A DNA stretch of 64,000 nucleotides, taken from Vicugna vicugna (taxonomy: Eukaryota). How positions within the stretch are numbered: the stretch's first letter is position 1; each line of letters begins with the position of its first letter. Location: contig MU058463.1 in NCBI GenBank assembly GCA_013265495.1, forward strand, positions 992,001 to 1,056,000, written 5' to 3'. The notes beneath the pieces are model-generated. The model was given only the letters and a program-made list of their open reading frames with translations, made no database searches and had not been told where the DNA came from. A program made the translations under genes and the position numbers. This document shows positions 14,041 through 27,850 of this stretch, in pieces.

Positions 14041-15069
14041 TATTTAAAAATATTGCAGAGAAAAGAATTCAGCTCAATGCCTTTCTTATTGGGCATCCAA
14101 AAACTCATGACTAGCTAAAGAAGCAAGAAAACCAAAGGAGTACAGAAACAGTAAGTTTGTTATTAAGGGGGTAAGTTTGTTATTCACCAGCAAGCTCAAA
14201 ATATGCTTGACTGATGAGTTCTGCAAGATGCGAAAGACTGTAACATGGTATGTTCATCACTCATCAGAAAAATTGCTCTTAGGTAATACAAAGAACTTCA
14301 GTGGAATAAGAACATGAATATTTCAAGTGATGTCTTGTGGGTTTACATTCATGGTTCCCCTTTGTGTGAAAAGAGTACAAAATTACCCAATATGACAGTG
14401 TGCATTGAAGTCACCACCTAGATTGTGTATACAAGTAATCTCAATTTCTGTAGTGTAGAAGATTAGCTAGGTTGCATCTTAGACATTAGATGAGTGTCTC
14501 TCCGCCTCAGTACAAATTGTTATTAGATATATGGACAAGTTAATGACAACTCTGAGGAAAACAAAAGCCAGAAAAACAAAAGATCAGGTTTATGTCATTG
14601 GTATAAAGCAGTCAACAACACTTGTGTAGAAAGCATGTAGATTTTAGTTTAATTAAAAAAAGAAAAGAATATACAAAAATGTTTTTAAAGATATGTGCAA
14701 GGTACTAGGTAGTTGTATAAGAAAATCTAACATGTTGATAATGTATATATAGCAACACTAAAGTTGTAGAAAATGTTGAAAGGATGACATTAGTGGTGAG
14801 TAAGGTATATTTAGTCTGAAGCTAGTATATAAAAAGACCATACTCGAGTACAATTTGTTAAAGCTACAATGCTATGAAGGTAGAAAAATATTGGAGGAAT
14901 GCAGAAGTAGAAAGAATTTAGTAGTAGAAAACTTTTTTTGCAGTAAAAATAAATTTATTATTTGACTCTAATAAAATACATTAAATGCTTTAAGCCTCAG
15001 TTTACCTATAAAGTACAGGGCTCAAGCAAAGTTATTCCTCATCATGGTCTCAAATAAAATTATTTTTTT

Positions 15070-16470
15070 ATGTATTAACTAATTCAGTAATTTGTACTTA
15101 GATCATTAAGTTCTAGTAGCGCCAACCAGAGCAATGATCAGGTAAGCAAATATGGAAACAGCAGAAGTGCAATTGTGGTAAGCTTTATCAGAAGAGTAAA
15201 TGGATGATGTGACATTTACTAGTGAGGAGGGATTAGAGAGACAGAATTACATCAAATATGATGATTGTGGACAGCCTCTCTGAGACAGTAATATTCGAGG
15301 CGAGAATTGAAGGAGGAGATGGAGACAGAAATGTTTGCAGGAAGAAAAGACGGCTTCTGGAATTGGCAAGCCTAAGGGCAAATATGCTGAGGTGGGAAAG
15401 ATCTTAGTGTGTTTGAACAGTGTAAGAAGGATGGCAGGGCACGCTGCTTAAGAAAGAAAATATTTTAGAAAAGTGAGCAGATCTTGTAGTTTAGACTTTA
15501 TTTCGGCAAAAAGCAAAGAGAAGTTGCTGGAGGATTAACATACGGTACTGACATGACTGGATTTATATTTTAAAAATTGTCCTCGGGCTGCAGCATGGAA
15601 ATGGATTATAGGATAGGCAGAAGTGAAGGAAGACAGTTCAGAGAGGCATTGTTACCCTATTATGTGAAGGATGACTTGGACTAGGGTGGTAGGGAATATG
15701 GATGGACTTGAGATAAGTCCACTTTTTAATTCTTATAATAGTTTTTTGAACATCTAGTATGTGCTAGTCTTGTGACTAAAACAATGATTGCTTTTGGAGA
15801 TTGTGATGGACATAGTGACGTTGCACCCGCTGTGGAGAGTGCTGTCAGCAAATAGCCTTTAGCTGTATCTTCTTCATGGGTTGTCTCGGCTGCAAAGAGC
15901 CACCTGCTCCAGGTCACACTCTTAGGGATGGTGTGCATTCAATGATAGATTAAGTCAGAGGTATAAAGTCTTGGAATCTATGGGTTTGGTTAAGAATGTC
16001 AGGCCTGCAGTATAGCTGAACTTCTCTCTTTGCTCAGTTCTCCACAAGGTGTTGATCTCAGTGGCACTCCCTAATAAGCATCCTGGATGCTAAATACTGC
16101 CTCAGAGCCTGTTCCAGGATATCCAAACTGTGACAAATAGTATGGAATTCAGAGATAAAGAAAGGAAAAAGGAATGGAGGATGATTTGTAGGTGTTTTAC
16201 TTAGTCTGTTTTGTAGGTTCCTATGACATTTCTGAAATGGAGAAGATTGGGAAAAATATATTTGTAGATTTTTAACTCAGATACTGTTTTATCCATGTCA
16301 AATTTGAGGTGACTATGTGACACATTAGGATAAAAATTACTTGGCAGTAGGCTCTATGAGTTTACATCTCATAAGATATATTATGATGGGTTACATATTT
16401 GGAAACTTCCAGAATTTGGATAGAAACTATAGTGATGGCATAGATGAGATAATCCAGGAAATGTGTGCAG
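15070..16470 (-). mobile_element. LINE-2 fragment, antisense, interrupted by an LTR16-like element
   Basis: Purine-rich L2 phrases lie on both sides of 15780-16135: 'gggcaaatatgctgaggtgggaaagatcttagtgtgtttgaacag', 'gacttggactagggtggtag' and 'catgtcaaatttgaggtgactatgtgaca'. Confidence 0.7.
15780..16135 (+). mobile_element. ERVL solo LTR, LTR16-like
   Basis: Shows 'gagagtgctgtcagc...tctcggctgcaaagagccacctgctccaggtcac' and the 3' end 'ccctaataagcatcctggatgctaaatactgcctcagagcctgttccagg...aaactgtgaca'. Confidence 0.7.
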
Positions 16471-16479
16471 GTAATGTGG

Positions 16480-16720
16480 GTTTAGTTAAAAATCTACAGT
16501 GTAAACTCATGGGAAACCACAAACTATTTTTTAAAGGAGTGTAATTGAGATTCTAAGATAGAAGATAAAATGGAATAATATAAAGTGCTCAGTTAAAACA
16601 GGAAAAGGCAGGAAAAGGAAATAAAGAGCAATGAATACGGAAGAGTTATAAAGATAGATAATTACCCAAATATATTAATAATCAGCTTAAATGTTAAAAG
16701 TTTAATAATGCCAATTTAAA
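16480..16720 (+). mobile_element. L1M fragment (inter-ORF region / ORF2 start)
   Basis: 'cccaaatatattaataatcagcttaaatgttaaaagtttaataatgccaatttaaaa' resembles the decayed start of the L1 endonuclease domain. Confidence 0.55.
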
Positions 16721-19700
16721 AAATTTATCCAGTGATGATTTCCTCATTTCTTGAGAAGTGGAAATATATAAAAATAAATTGCAATGGATTCTAAACTAGG
16801 AAACTTCTGCATATTTCCTATATTATAAAAGGATAAAAAATATCAAGGCAGTGTTCACGTCCAGGGAATTAATCCTCAACCGCTAAATTAGAGCTAATAT
16901 CTCAAACTAGATTTCTTGGAACAGCCTAGATTTTATAAAGTTGTAGGTTTGATAATATGTTGAGGTCTGCATACCAAAGGTCTCTATCTAGCTATGCTTT
17001 TGACTTAACTAGAGGTAGGATTTTCTTCCTAACTTTGATTATCTTTTTCTTAGTAAAAATGAAGTATACTCATGCAGTTTTAAATGATTGTCCATCAAAG
17101 TTTCCTTTAGTAACTAATACTTGGATTTAATATATGCTCACACATAGAGAATCTCTAGGTTTGGTGCAGGCTGAGTACTGATTATCAGGAATGAATATAA
17201 GATTTCATGAGTGACTGGCAAACCAGGCTTACTATATTGTTGCTTTAAAGTTCTGAGAAGATTGAGTAGAGATTATTCACAATGCCTCAAATGAAATAGC
17301 AACGCATGATTAAATATGTTTAGTAAGTAGAGGTAAAAATCTTAATATAGGTTAAAATTAAAATATGTTAATACTTGCTATGCATGCAGCATTTCTGTTA
17401 TTCACATACATATGTGTCTGAGGCTTATTGCAGGCATTTCTATGACTTAATGTGAAATACTTCTATGAAAACTTAAGAAATACTTGGCATCCAAAGTGGA
17501 AGTCTTACAATTAATATTTTATAAACTTTTAACATTCTTATAGTTTCTACAGTTACAAAGTTTAAAATTAACATTCCTACCTAGGCTTAGTCAGAAAGTA
17601 GCTATTCAGCCAATGGTTAAATTTCTTGGAGATATTAACAGAGCATAATCTTTTTTTCTCTGAAATACATCATGAAGATTTATTTAAAATGGAATATTCA
17701 CTTCAGATTTAATTTGCTTCAAGAGACAGACAAGGAGCCTCATTAGTGTTTTAATATATAATATCAGTTTGAATGAAACCATTATCTTTCAAGGGTCATA
17801 ACAGGGGAAGGTGTGTAAGCGGGGGGAGTGTTTCTTGCAACAGTTCTGAGACTAGCTGCTTCCTATATGCTAGACACTGTTATTTGTATGTTTTAATCCC
17901 TTTAATATTCACAGAAGTCTTAGGGAATAATTATTCGTTTCTAGACTTGGGGACCCAGTGACATGGTGGGAGTAGGATTTCATCTTGACTCCAGAGACTG
18001 TTGTTAACCAGCCTTCATTCAGTTCAGTAATACCCCCTCCCTCTTAGTTCTTATTTCTTTATACTACATCTAACTGTATAGAACTAAAATTACCTTAGGA
18101 ATTTAATATTGATTATTATTTAACATCTATATTAGGGAAGATTTATTTTCCAAGAATAAGAAGTCCATATTTCTTCTTCTGAATAACAAAAATTATATGT
18201 GGATTTTAAAATTTGTTTTAATGCATTTTCAGTCAGCATGTTGCTATTTCATGTGGTACACATTTCATGCTGTTTTGAGATTACAGAATGTTTCATGTGT
18301 GGTAGAATACCTTGATTCAATACCATGAAAGGTCATATTCATAAATTTCTTAATTTTAGTAAAAGCTAAAGTTAAAAGAAATGCTCTTAGCCAAACCTTT
18401 ATAGAGAAAGTTTGAAATGAATTTCCAATTAATACTTGAAAGGTCAGACAGCTCAGTTGACTTTTTGCTGTCAGGTTAAACATGACAGAAAAAAGGAGAG
18501 CATCTTTGAAAACGGCTTAAATATATTATTTCAATTTAGTACTTTATTTCTCCTAACAGGCTAAAGTCATATCCTGAAAATGTTACTAATTCTTACTTTA
18601 CAAATCTGCATTTTCACTTGTTATCAAATTAAATAGAAAGGTGGTATTTTAAAAACATGAAAGTAAAACAGTTTTAAAGTGTCAGTAGATACATTGATTA
18701 TTGATAATGAAACATACCTATATATAAACTAAAAAGTATATTATTTTAAAATATCAATTAAGGAGGAGATTCTTTAACTCGTTCTTAAGAACCATTTCTC
18801 TTGACAAGTTTCTAAACTTGTTTGGGCCCAGTCTAGGTGCAATAGAGATGTTTGGGGCACATAGGAAAGTCATGCTAAGTTTTCAGCAGTATCTGGCATT
18901 TTATTTCTCTATAGGCAAGTGATGAATCAATCAAAATTTTAAAAAAAGTTTTTCCTATGAATCCTGTAACACCATAGGGTAGGCTTTATACTCTGAAAGT
19001 GAAAGAGCCAGAAAACATAAAGACTGACACAACTTCTTAGTATTTAAGTCAAATCATCAATGCCAGAAGCACAGGAGGGTAATTTCTTCTATATTCCAGG
19101 ACTAGAGTTACCTTCCATAGAGCAAAATCCAGCAGGTAGAATAGAGGTGTCAACCTGTCCAGAGCAACTTCAAGTTTACAGCCATGGACTGTGTTCAGAT
19201 TGCCCTAAATGACAACAGTACAGCCATTTCCAAGATATCCTTGAACAGTCTATCTGTGTTCAAGAAATAATCCCTACTATTTACAACCTAAATTTTTTCT
19301 CTATACATTTCACCTTTTTATGACTGGACAAACTTTTCCAAACTTCTACCCTGTTCTTTCCCAAAATAGAGGTAATGAGTCCATGTGTGCGCTCTCTGAT
19401 GGCCATTTACTCTATTCAAGTATTTCTGTATTAATAATATTTTGACAGACTCTTATAATGAAGCCAAAGGAAAATGACAACTACACATCTTCATTAAAAC
19501 CTTCTCCTCCTTGCTTGCTTCAGTTGTATCCTAAACTGATCTTATCTTAGTCTGTCTCATCTATATGTTTTCTAAAGTGTCTTCATGACCTGTATAAATT
19601 TCTCTGAATTAACTGGCTCAGTATATACTAAACTTTATACAACTAGTTCCTCTAGTAAATAGATCTCTCTTATAATCAAAAAATTAAATAATTCTAGTTT

Positions 19701-20579
19701 TCACAGGCACATTCTCTGGCTTCCACACATATTACAATCTTAAAGCAGCTCAGTCTTGATACACAGTTCAGCAATTCGTGGAGCACATGGTCCCAAAACA
19801 CAGTCATGGGACTCCTCGGGTCAGACCCTTGCCCTTACTTCCTCCCACATGGGAACGTCTGTATATTCTATGTGTCAATGCTGCCTTATTTTTACAAATC
19901 ATAACCACTAAAAAGTGCATTTTAAATGATAAAAAGAAATATCTATGTTTTAAAAACATTCTGATGTACTGATGTAGTAAAATAATAAGTACTTCAATAT
20001 ATTTTCTTTTGAAGTAGCTTATTTAATTAATCCCATAATTGTATCCATCCATTTTGGTAGAATTTCTAAATCGTGTTAGTTTGTTTTTCACCATGCCTAT
20101 GTTATTCCTTTAAAAGGGCGTAGTCTTTTTACTGCATACTCTGGTGAAAGTAGAGTGTATCAGCCATTTTTCTCATACATTAATATACCAATTATTTATA
20201 GACACTAGAGACTTGTATTGTCTTAAAGGTCATAGGCTTAACTGTAATATGAAATACACATTATTTTAAACTTTTTCCCAGTTAATACTGGTGATTTATT
20301 TTGACCTGGATTTCATAAGCACACTACCCATTATCCTATATTCATATACATATATCCCAAGATGTGATGGTCCTTCCAGTGTTTTGCACTACTGTGAAGA
20401 GCCTAGAAATTTAGTGTTACTTTTACCCCAGTCCTTGAAGACCAAATTTCCACTGACTGTGTACTTGGAAATGAAATATCCCATGTATGATCATTGGTAT
20501 CAGTCTGTTCTGAGAGTCACAGAATATCTTGGAATGGTTTAGACAAAAATGAAATTTATTTCATAGTTATAAGTTTATA

Positions 20580-21145
20580 CATTATCAATTTCTTTTTTAG
20601 TGAGCTTTGTAGTTTGATTTTCAAGAAATTTATCCATTTCAACTAAGTTGTCCAATTTCCAGAAGCATCCTTAAATGTCTGTAGGATGTGTAGTGATGTC
20701 TCCACTTTTCATTTTAAGTAGTCAAAGCTATAATTTTACCTCTTCTATGCACAACTTTTCTAATATTTCCAAAAATCTTTTGAGATTTTATTTTTCATCA
20801 TCATTTAACTTAGAATATTTTACAATTCCCTTTTACTTTTAGAGATGTGTTAATTTCCAAATATATAGTGCCTTCCCACATACATTGCTATTATTTAATT
20901 TTTTATAATTTTTATAAAATGTTTTAAAATGTTTTTTATAATTTTTATAAAATATAATGTTTTAATTATGTTGAGGTCATATACTTTATTTTTTTAAATG
21001 TTTAAAAAGTTATTAAAACTTGCTTTAAAGCAGGAATATAGTCTAAGTGAATGGTCTGTGTACACTTGAAAATGATGTTTATTTTGCTAATATTTGGTGG
21101 AGTGTCCTATAAATTTCAGTTAGGTCAATTGATATCATGCTTCAA
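20580..21145 (-). mobile_element. L1M ORF2 (endonuclease region) fragment, antisense
   Basis: Contains 'caagaaatttatccatttcaactaagttgtccaattt' and 'gtgaatggtctgtgtacacttgaaaatgatgtttattttgct...tttcagttaggtcaattg'. Confidence 0.75.
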
Positions 21146-21218
21146 GGGAATCAGATCTTTTTTTTAAAAGCTCCCTGGGTGATTCTGTTGCAGATTCAGT
21201 TTTGAAAACCACTAAACC
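21146..21218. mobile_element. MER5-like hAT-Charlie DNA transposon end
   Basis: 'aagctccctgggtgattctgttgcag...gttttgaaaaccacta' resembles the MER5A terminus. Confidence 0.65.
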
Positions 21219-21824
21219 AGAAAGAAGATAAAGACAGAACAGTTTAAATTAAAAGGGATTTCAGATTATCACTGTAATGTTTGATAGGTATGTAATGATA
21301 AACATGGAAATCTGAAGGTTTACCAGAAGAATGGAGAAAAAGTATTATGTCAAACAGCTTAGAATCCAGGCTTATTTTGCTTAAGTGGAGCCCTTAAATA
21401 CACCATTTAACTCTGATTAAAAAGCATGCTCATCATACTCAGTGTTTCCTAGGTGGCTGTTCCATATTAAAATATGAAATCCTGCATTTAATCAAAACTT
21501 TTCTCTCTAAATTTATTATGTATTTATTTAGGTGACTGGGCTACAGAATTTATAACCATTTTTGACAACTGGCAACAAAGCCCTTGGGTAAAATTTGTTT
21601 GGTCTATCTCACATGGCTTTATTTTAATGTCCTTCAATTCACCAAAATCTTTACCACATATAAATGTGTAAATATGAATTGATATCTTTCTGTGAAACTA
21701 ATTTTTTATCATCTTGAATATTGAGGTAATTTAATTTGTGATCTTTAATTCTCTTCATTTTTCTGTTTACTTACTGTTTACCATTATTTATTACTTAATA
21801 ACTGGTAACAATTAGTAATTTGTC

Positions 21825-22022
21825 AAAACCAGACACCTACTCCACCACTTATTTACCATTAAGGGACTTGTGAGCAATTTACTTAGCTTCCTGAGCCTGA
21901 TATTCTTCATCTGTAATATGTGAATAAAAATAATATACCTCACATTGTATTAATGTAAGGAGTAAATTAACAAATAGTGCCTTATCTAGATTAAGCACAA
22001 TTCAATATTTTACTGTTATTAT
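21825..22022 (+). mobile_element. MIR SINE
   Basis: 'gcaatttacttagcttcctgagcctgatattcttcatctgtaatatgtgaataaaataatatacctcac' followed by a (tta)-type tail. Confidence 0.75.
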
Positions 22023-23896
22023 TGATGTAGCATCTGGCAACCAGTCTTATTAGACTAGATTCATGGTTTATTAACAAAGAAGTTTCCCCAAGTATACTTG
22101 CAAGATCAAGTTCTCACTCTAATTTATTCATATCTGTATATCCTTTTATGTTCTCAGTTAAGATTCTCGTAAGCATTTGCTCGCCAATAATATCCAGACT
22201 CTCTTCGGATGATCTTATTTTATCCCCCAACGTACATATAGCCTGAAAGTTTATTTGAGACTATGTATAATCATATATGCTTGCTCTAAAAGAGTGCATT
22301 CGTAAAATTTAGCTTGGCCTGGTTTTCAAAGGTTTTTTACAACTTAGCCCAATAGTATGTTGTCTTATCTCCTTTTAACTCTGAATCCATCTTATTTTCT
22401 AACCACTCCAGAATATTCAGTTTTTCAAAAATAGTATGCCCTTTCTTCTATGTCTGCTATTTATTTTAATTTCTCAAATTGCTCTTCCCTCTCTTTTCTG
22501 TCTGCCAATATTGTCATTCTGAAAACTGCTAGTATTCCACTTGCTATTGTTCCCCTATTCAGAATTAATCAATCTTCCATGTACCAATAGCATTTTGTTA
22601 ATATTTATAATAATATTCATTATATTACCAGGATCAGATATATAATAAATAAGTACCTGATCTCTTAGGGCAACAATAAACTTTATGAAAATCAGTTGAG
22701 AGAGCGTGTATGATTCTGATTAGGCAGAAAACATATCTGAGAGGTTATTTGAGTCAGATTGCCTACAGAGCTAAAGGATCAGGTGAATGAATGGCTCCAG
22801 TTCCTGGAACTAGCATATCTCAGTGAATGTTCTATGTACACTTGAAAAGAATATTCCTTTTCCTGCTATTAGGTGAAATGTTCTGTGAAGTTCAGTCAGG
22901 TTATTTGTTAGTGTTGTTTATGGGAGCTTAGATAAAATTATTTTTCAAGTTTCCTAAGTGTTCTGTTGCACAGGGAATCTTAGGAAATAATAAATATGCT
23001 GGTCAGGTAAATTTGGGATTTAGGAAGGCAGAGAATTAATGTGATTACTACACATCGTCAGGGTACACAGAAGAGATTTTCTAATCATGAAGCTAATTAC
23101 TCTCCTGGTTCTTTCCCATCCCCTGATTTGTTTGGTGGGAAGTGGTGGTTGTGTAGTCGTGTTTGGGGGCAGAGATTCTTCTGCTCTATAAGATAGTTGA
23201 TTTGAGCAGGAAAGTCCACTAAGAGATGCTCAACCCAGATGGTTGGGATAAATAGTAGTTGTCAGATGGGAATATATGGATATAAGTTGAATGGGGAAAT
23301 GGTAACAAGATTCTGAAATGGGTTTGTGTAAACTGTAGAAACTAATGCTTATTTAAAACAGGTCAAGATTTATCCAGGAATTTTTAAGGCAAAAATAAGG
23401 AAGATCTGCAAGAATAAATAAGGAATGTAGGTTAGGTGACTGCTTACAGAAAGTAGGCAAGTATGTGAAAAATCAGTGAATTTCCAAGTCAAAGTAGAGC
23501 AATCATGTGGTTGAAAATGAGTGAATGAAAAGATGGCAAAGTCAAGGCCTTCCTAGACATTGTGAAGAACGAGAGCTGAGTTCATTGAGAGGTTTTAAAT
23601 TGAATTATCTTAGTAGTGAAATGCTTCAAGATTTTGCCAACAGCTGTCATGTTTAAGTCCCTCCTTGGTTTAAAGAAGCAATGACTCTGAGAAAAATACC
23701 ACTTGGAGAAATGTGAGATATCAGAGGGAAGACCAGAAATATGGCTTATTTGATACTAAGGCAAATCATGTTTATTTTGAGTTTTTGTACCAATGTCTGT
23801 GAAAGAAAAGGATTATATATTTCTATTGTTACCATTATGTTTTCTTAAAATTTTATATTTGTAGATATTTAATATTTTTAAATATTAATAATACAT

Positions 23897-23995
23897 GAGT
23901 GTGTATATGTCCATGTATGACTGAAAAATTGTACTGAACACTGGAATTTGACACAACACTGTAAAATGATTATGAATCAATAAAAATGTAAAAAA
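23897..23995 (+). mobile_element. Young, heavily 5'-truncated LINE-1 3' end (camelid-type) with a 10-bp target-site duplication
   Basis: Body is 'catgtatgactgaaaaattgtactgaacactggaatttgacacaacactgtaaaatgattatgaatcaataaaaa' plus an A tail. It is flanked by an exact direct repeat AATAATACAT (23887-23896 and 23996-24005), preceded by TT, as expected for an L1 endonuclease TT/AA site. Confidence 0.85.
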
Positions 23996-26259
23996 AATAA
24001 TACATTAAATAATACTAATGTATTAAGTAATGCTTAATAGATAATACATTAAGTGGCTCTTATTATGATAGGAAATACATTTTTCATTGCTTTCTTACAA
24101 GCACCCAAAAAGGAAAGATTTTAACAAGTTGATAGATTTAGCAAATAGTAGGAAATGTGTTATCCTTTCCTCAGTCTCATCCTACAGTGGATTCAAGGAC
24201 TTAGAGCCAATATCTCTATATATAGAATCCTGCATTTTCTTGTGTGATAAGTAGGCACATTTTGGAATTTCTAGGAGATATCTAAGTTTTCCTAAGATGC
24301 AGAGTTTACAACAGATAAATATACGTAATGGAAAACATGATTTTTTCACAAATTCTGACTAAACATAACAGAGATGTTAGTATTCTTAAAGACCTGACAC
24401 CTGTTTTGCTGATGTGAGGACAAGATGGATGTTGCTTTCTGATGCAGTTCCCACACCACCACTTGTCATGATAATTGACCAGGAAGATTTCATTAAGAAA
24501 TGAGTGAACCATAGTAAAATAAATTTAGAAGGGTGAAACTCTTTATAAATTATTATTTTAGATAAGTTGGTTAATCTTTTATGTAGCTTTGACCTGTATT
24601 TCATTCAAAACCTTACTCCATTGTATGGTTATTTTGAATTGTAGATTTGTTTCAATAAATTTACCCTGAGGATATGGCTCATTATTTTAGCAGAAAATAT
24701 TAGCTATTTAAATTTTAAGTCACTATTTGCTGTATGTAAAATAAGTATTTTCAATATGACTAAATTAGAGATACAGAGCAACCCTTTGGGAATTGCTTTC
24801 CAGAGAGGGTGTTTAAGAACTTATTATGTTGATCCATGTTGTATTTCTTTTTATTGCCTCTGGCTCATTTTCTAGAGTATTGTATTGCTTTGACTCATGA
24901 CTCCTCTGTATATTCTACCTATCTCACTTTTCTTTCATAATTTTATATGATTCTGAATATATCAAATTGGTATATAGATCATGGTTTTTCATGACTATAT
25001 TTGCCTAGCAAAATTACTATCAATTTAACTCAGAGTTATATAAAATTTTGACAAGGGTAAGTATAAAATGTGAGATACCACAGATTATACATGATTTTCC
25101 TGTATCTATATAGGAAAAAGTGGGTAGAAATTTTCTTAAGGGGAAAAAGTTTTGTTATACTAAAGATCTAAAGGAGATGTGAAGAATATTTTTAGAATAT
25201 TTTTCTTTGTAGTGAGTATTGCTTCTTTTATGTACTTGATGCCAAATGAAATATGAACAATCTAATGTTAAATTTGTCATAACAGATTTTTTTTTAATGA
25301 GTGGAAATTTCATCCAAAATTATCCATGTCACTTCCCATGAGTGAACAGAATGGACTGTCATGTTCAATAATGGATGTCCTTGGAGAAAAAATCACATTC
25401 ACTGTTGAAGTGCACATGCTAAAATATTTTACATCCTTTTTTGTTAATCATTGCAGTATCACACATTATGGTAATTTAAGTAATGTAAATACCAATAAAA
25501 CTTTTAAAATTCTGTTTTTCCCAAAAAGGCTTTAAAAAATTAAAGCTATTTTTAAATTCTGTTCGTGACATAAACAAGATAAAATTGCAATTCTTAGAAT
25601 TTCCTTTGAAAGTTTGTGCAGTAATAAAATCATCATGCAACGTTAGAGCTCAAATGTACCTTTAAGATAATCCATTCAGCTTTTTCCGAACTTTGAGTTC
25701 CAGGCATCCTTCCTGTTTTCTGTGCTTAATGGGATATCCTCAAAAGGTACTTCTGGTTTTTATTACTTCAGTACCATAATTGAAAGAGTGTGCCTTGGAC
25801 CCACCAAGGTGTTTTGGATCAAGCTAGAACTCACATGAAGCCTAGACTTCCTTGAAAAGGGCTACAAGTGCCCAGAGCCAAAGATTTCTGGCAACAGGTA
25901 GAAGAAAATAGAGTCCTTTTAGAATGAAGCATTTCCTTTTAGTGTTTCAGAATCCTTACAGATTAATTAAATCAGACATGAGTTTACACTTAAAATTATC
26001 AGAACACATGAGATAAGCCACTATGGGTAGGTATCAGGAAAACAAAAATATATAATGTAGAATCCCTATGATTTCAGATTTTGGAATAATACTAATTAAT
26101 ATGCAAAATTAAACTAATACTAACACAAAATAAAAACTAGAGGGATTCTTTTGAAAAGAAAAACAGAATTAAAAAAAAAAAAGGAGGAAGCAACAATATC
26201 CATCAGAAATGACCAGGCTATTTGAAAGAACCAAATAAAACTTTAAAAAACAGAAATGT

Positions 26260-26460
26260 AGGAGAGGAGTGATAAATTAGGAATTTGAGATTAACAGACA
26301 CATACTACTCATATATAAAATAGTTAAACAACAAGGTGCTATTTGATAGCATAGAGAGCTATATCCAGAGAAAGAATCTGAAATTTATATATGTGTATAA
26401 CTGAATCACTTTGCTATACACCTGAAACATTGTAAATCAACAATACTGCAGTAAAAAATT
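26260..26460 (+). mobile_element. Cetartiodactyl LINE-1 3' end
   Basis: 'gataaattaggaatttgagattaacagacacatactact...tataactgaatcactttgctatacacctgaaacattgtaaatcaac'. Confidence 0.8.
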
Positions 26461-26799
26461 CAACAAAAGTGGAAAATACATTTGATAAAATTCAACTTTT
26501 CTTATTCATTTACTCATGATGACAAAGTAATTTTTATCTGGTACATGGTGAAGGACAAAAGCAAAATGTTCAACTGAACTCTTTTAGGGTATTGAAACTT
26601 GTAGACAGATGTGGATAAATCATGACTACTCACATTCCAATGACTAAAGCAAGTTACATGGTCATAGCCAACATATACAGTCTGCATTTTTGTATCAGTA
26701 TAGTTTTGATTGCCTTATTGATTCCTTTTAGGTAAAATTTACTCTTCATAAAATAAGTAATTTTACCTAATTTTGAATATGGTGTGGTAAAAAGTTGAA

Positions 26800-27850
26800 T
26801 TTTGACTGATTGACTACTCAGAATAGGGATTATTACAGCACCATTTCATTAACAAAAAATTTTTTTCTCCGTTGAGTTACCTTGGCACCTTTATTGAAAA
26901 TCAGTTAAGCATAAAGTGTAACTATTTCTGGACTCTATTTTGCTCCACTGTTTTACATCTGTCTTTATGTCAGTACCTCATTTTCTTGATTACAGTAACA
27001 CAATGATAATTCTTTAAGTTAGTTAATATAAGGTAATCAACTATGATCATTATCTTCAAAATTACTTTTTTTTATTTTAGGCCTTTTTACAATTCCATAT
27101 ACAGTTGTGCATAAGGTGCCAATTTCTTCAAAAGTGCTGAAAGTTTGACTAGAATAGGTTTGAATCTATATATATCTTTAGGGGAAAATCAATGTCCTAC
27201 CAAAATTTAATCTTTCAGTTATAGTTTGATATTTTCAGTATAGAGGTCTTGTATATATTTTGTTAAATTTATTCCTAAGTATTTCATATTTTTGATGCTG
27301 TTCTGAATGGTATTTCTAAATTTCAATTTCCAATTGGTTTTTGGTGGTATACAGAGATAAAATAAACATTCGTATGTTGGGTTTGTATCTGTCAACTCTT
27401 CTAAACTTACCTGTTCTAGTAATGTTTCTGTGGACTACTTGGATATTCTGAAGAGAAGATCATGCTATATGAGGCCAAAAAAACCACATAGTTTTGCTTA
27501 TTTTCATTCCTTATCCAGTTTATTTCTTTCTCTTGTCACATTGCAGTGGCTATGGCTTCTAGAGCAATGTTGAACAACAGTGGATAGTAATGGACATCTC
27601 TGACTTGTTTCTGATCTTAGAGAAGGAAAACACTTAGTCTATAAGTATGATGCAAGCACTAAGATTTTCACGGATACTCTTTATAAGGATGCAGACATTT
27701 TCTTCTATTTCTAGGGTTGTTTTTAATAGTATTTTTATGATGAATGAGTAGTGGATTTTGTCAAGTACTTATTCTATGGTTACATATAATTTTATTTTTA
27801 ATTTGTTTATATGATAATTTTTATTGATTAATTTTTAAATATTTGGCCAA
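26800..27850 (-). mobile_element. L1M ORF2 fragment, antisense
   Basis: Contains 'cagcaccatttcattaac', 'tatttctggactctattttgctccactg', 'tttgttaaatttattcctaagtatttcatattttt' and 'ggacatctctgacttgtttctgatcttag'. Confidence 0.85.

Noticed and set aside
14151..14184. GTAAGTTTGTTATT direct repeat resembling twin splice donors
   Set aside because: It is a simple local slippage duplication like others at about 3975, 7830 and 20900, with no upstream exon candidate.
21532..21587. Possible 56-nt coding exon (reads DWATEFITIFDNWQQSPW)
   Set aside because: The donor is weak (TGG|GTAAAA), the polypyrimidine tract is interrupted by A residues, the peptide is unrecognised and no partner exons were found.
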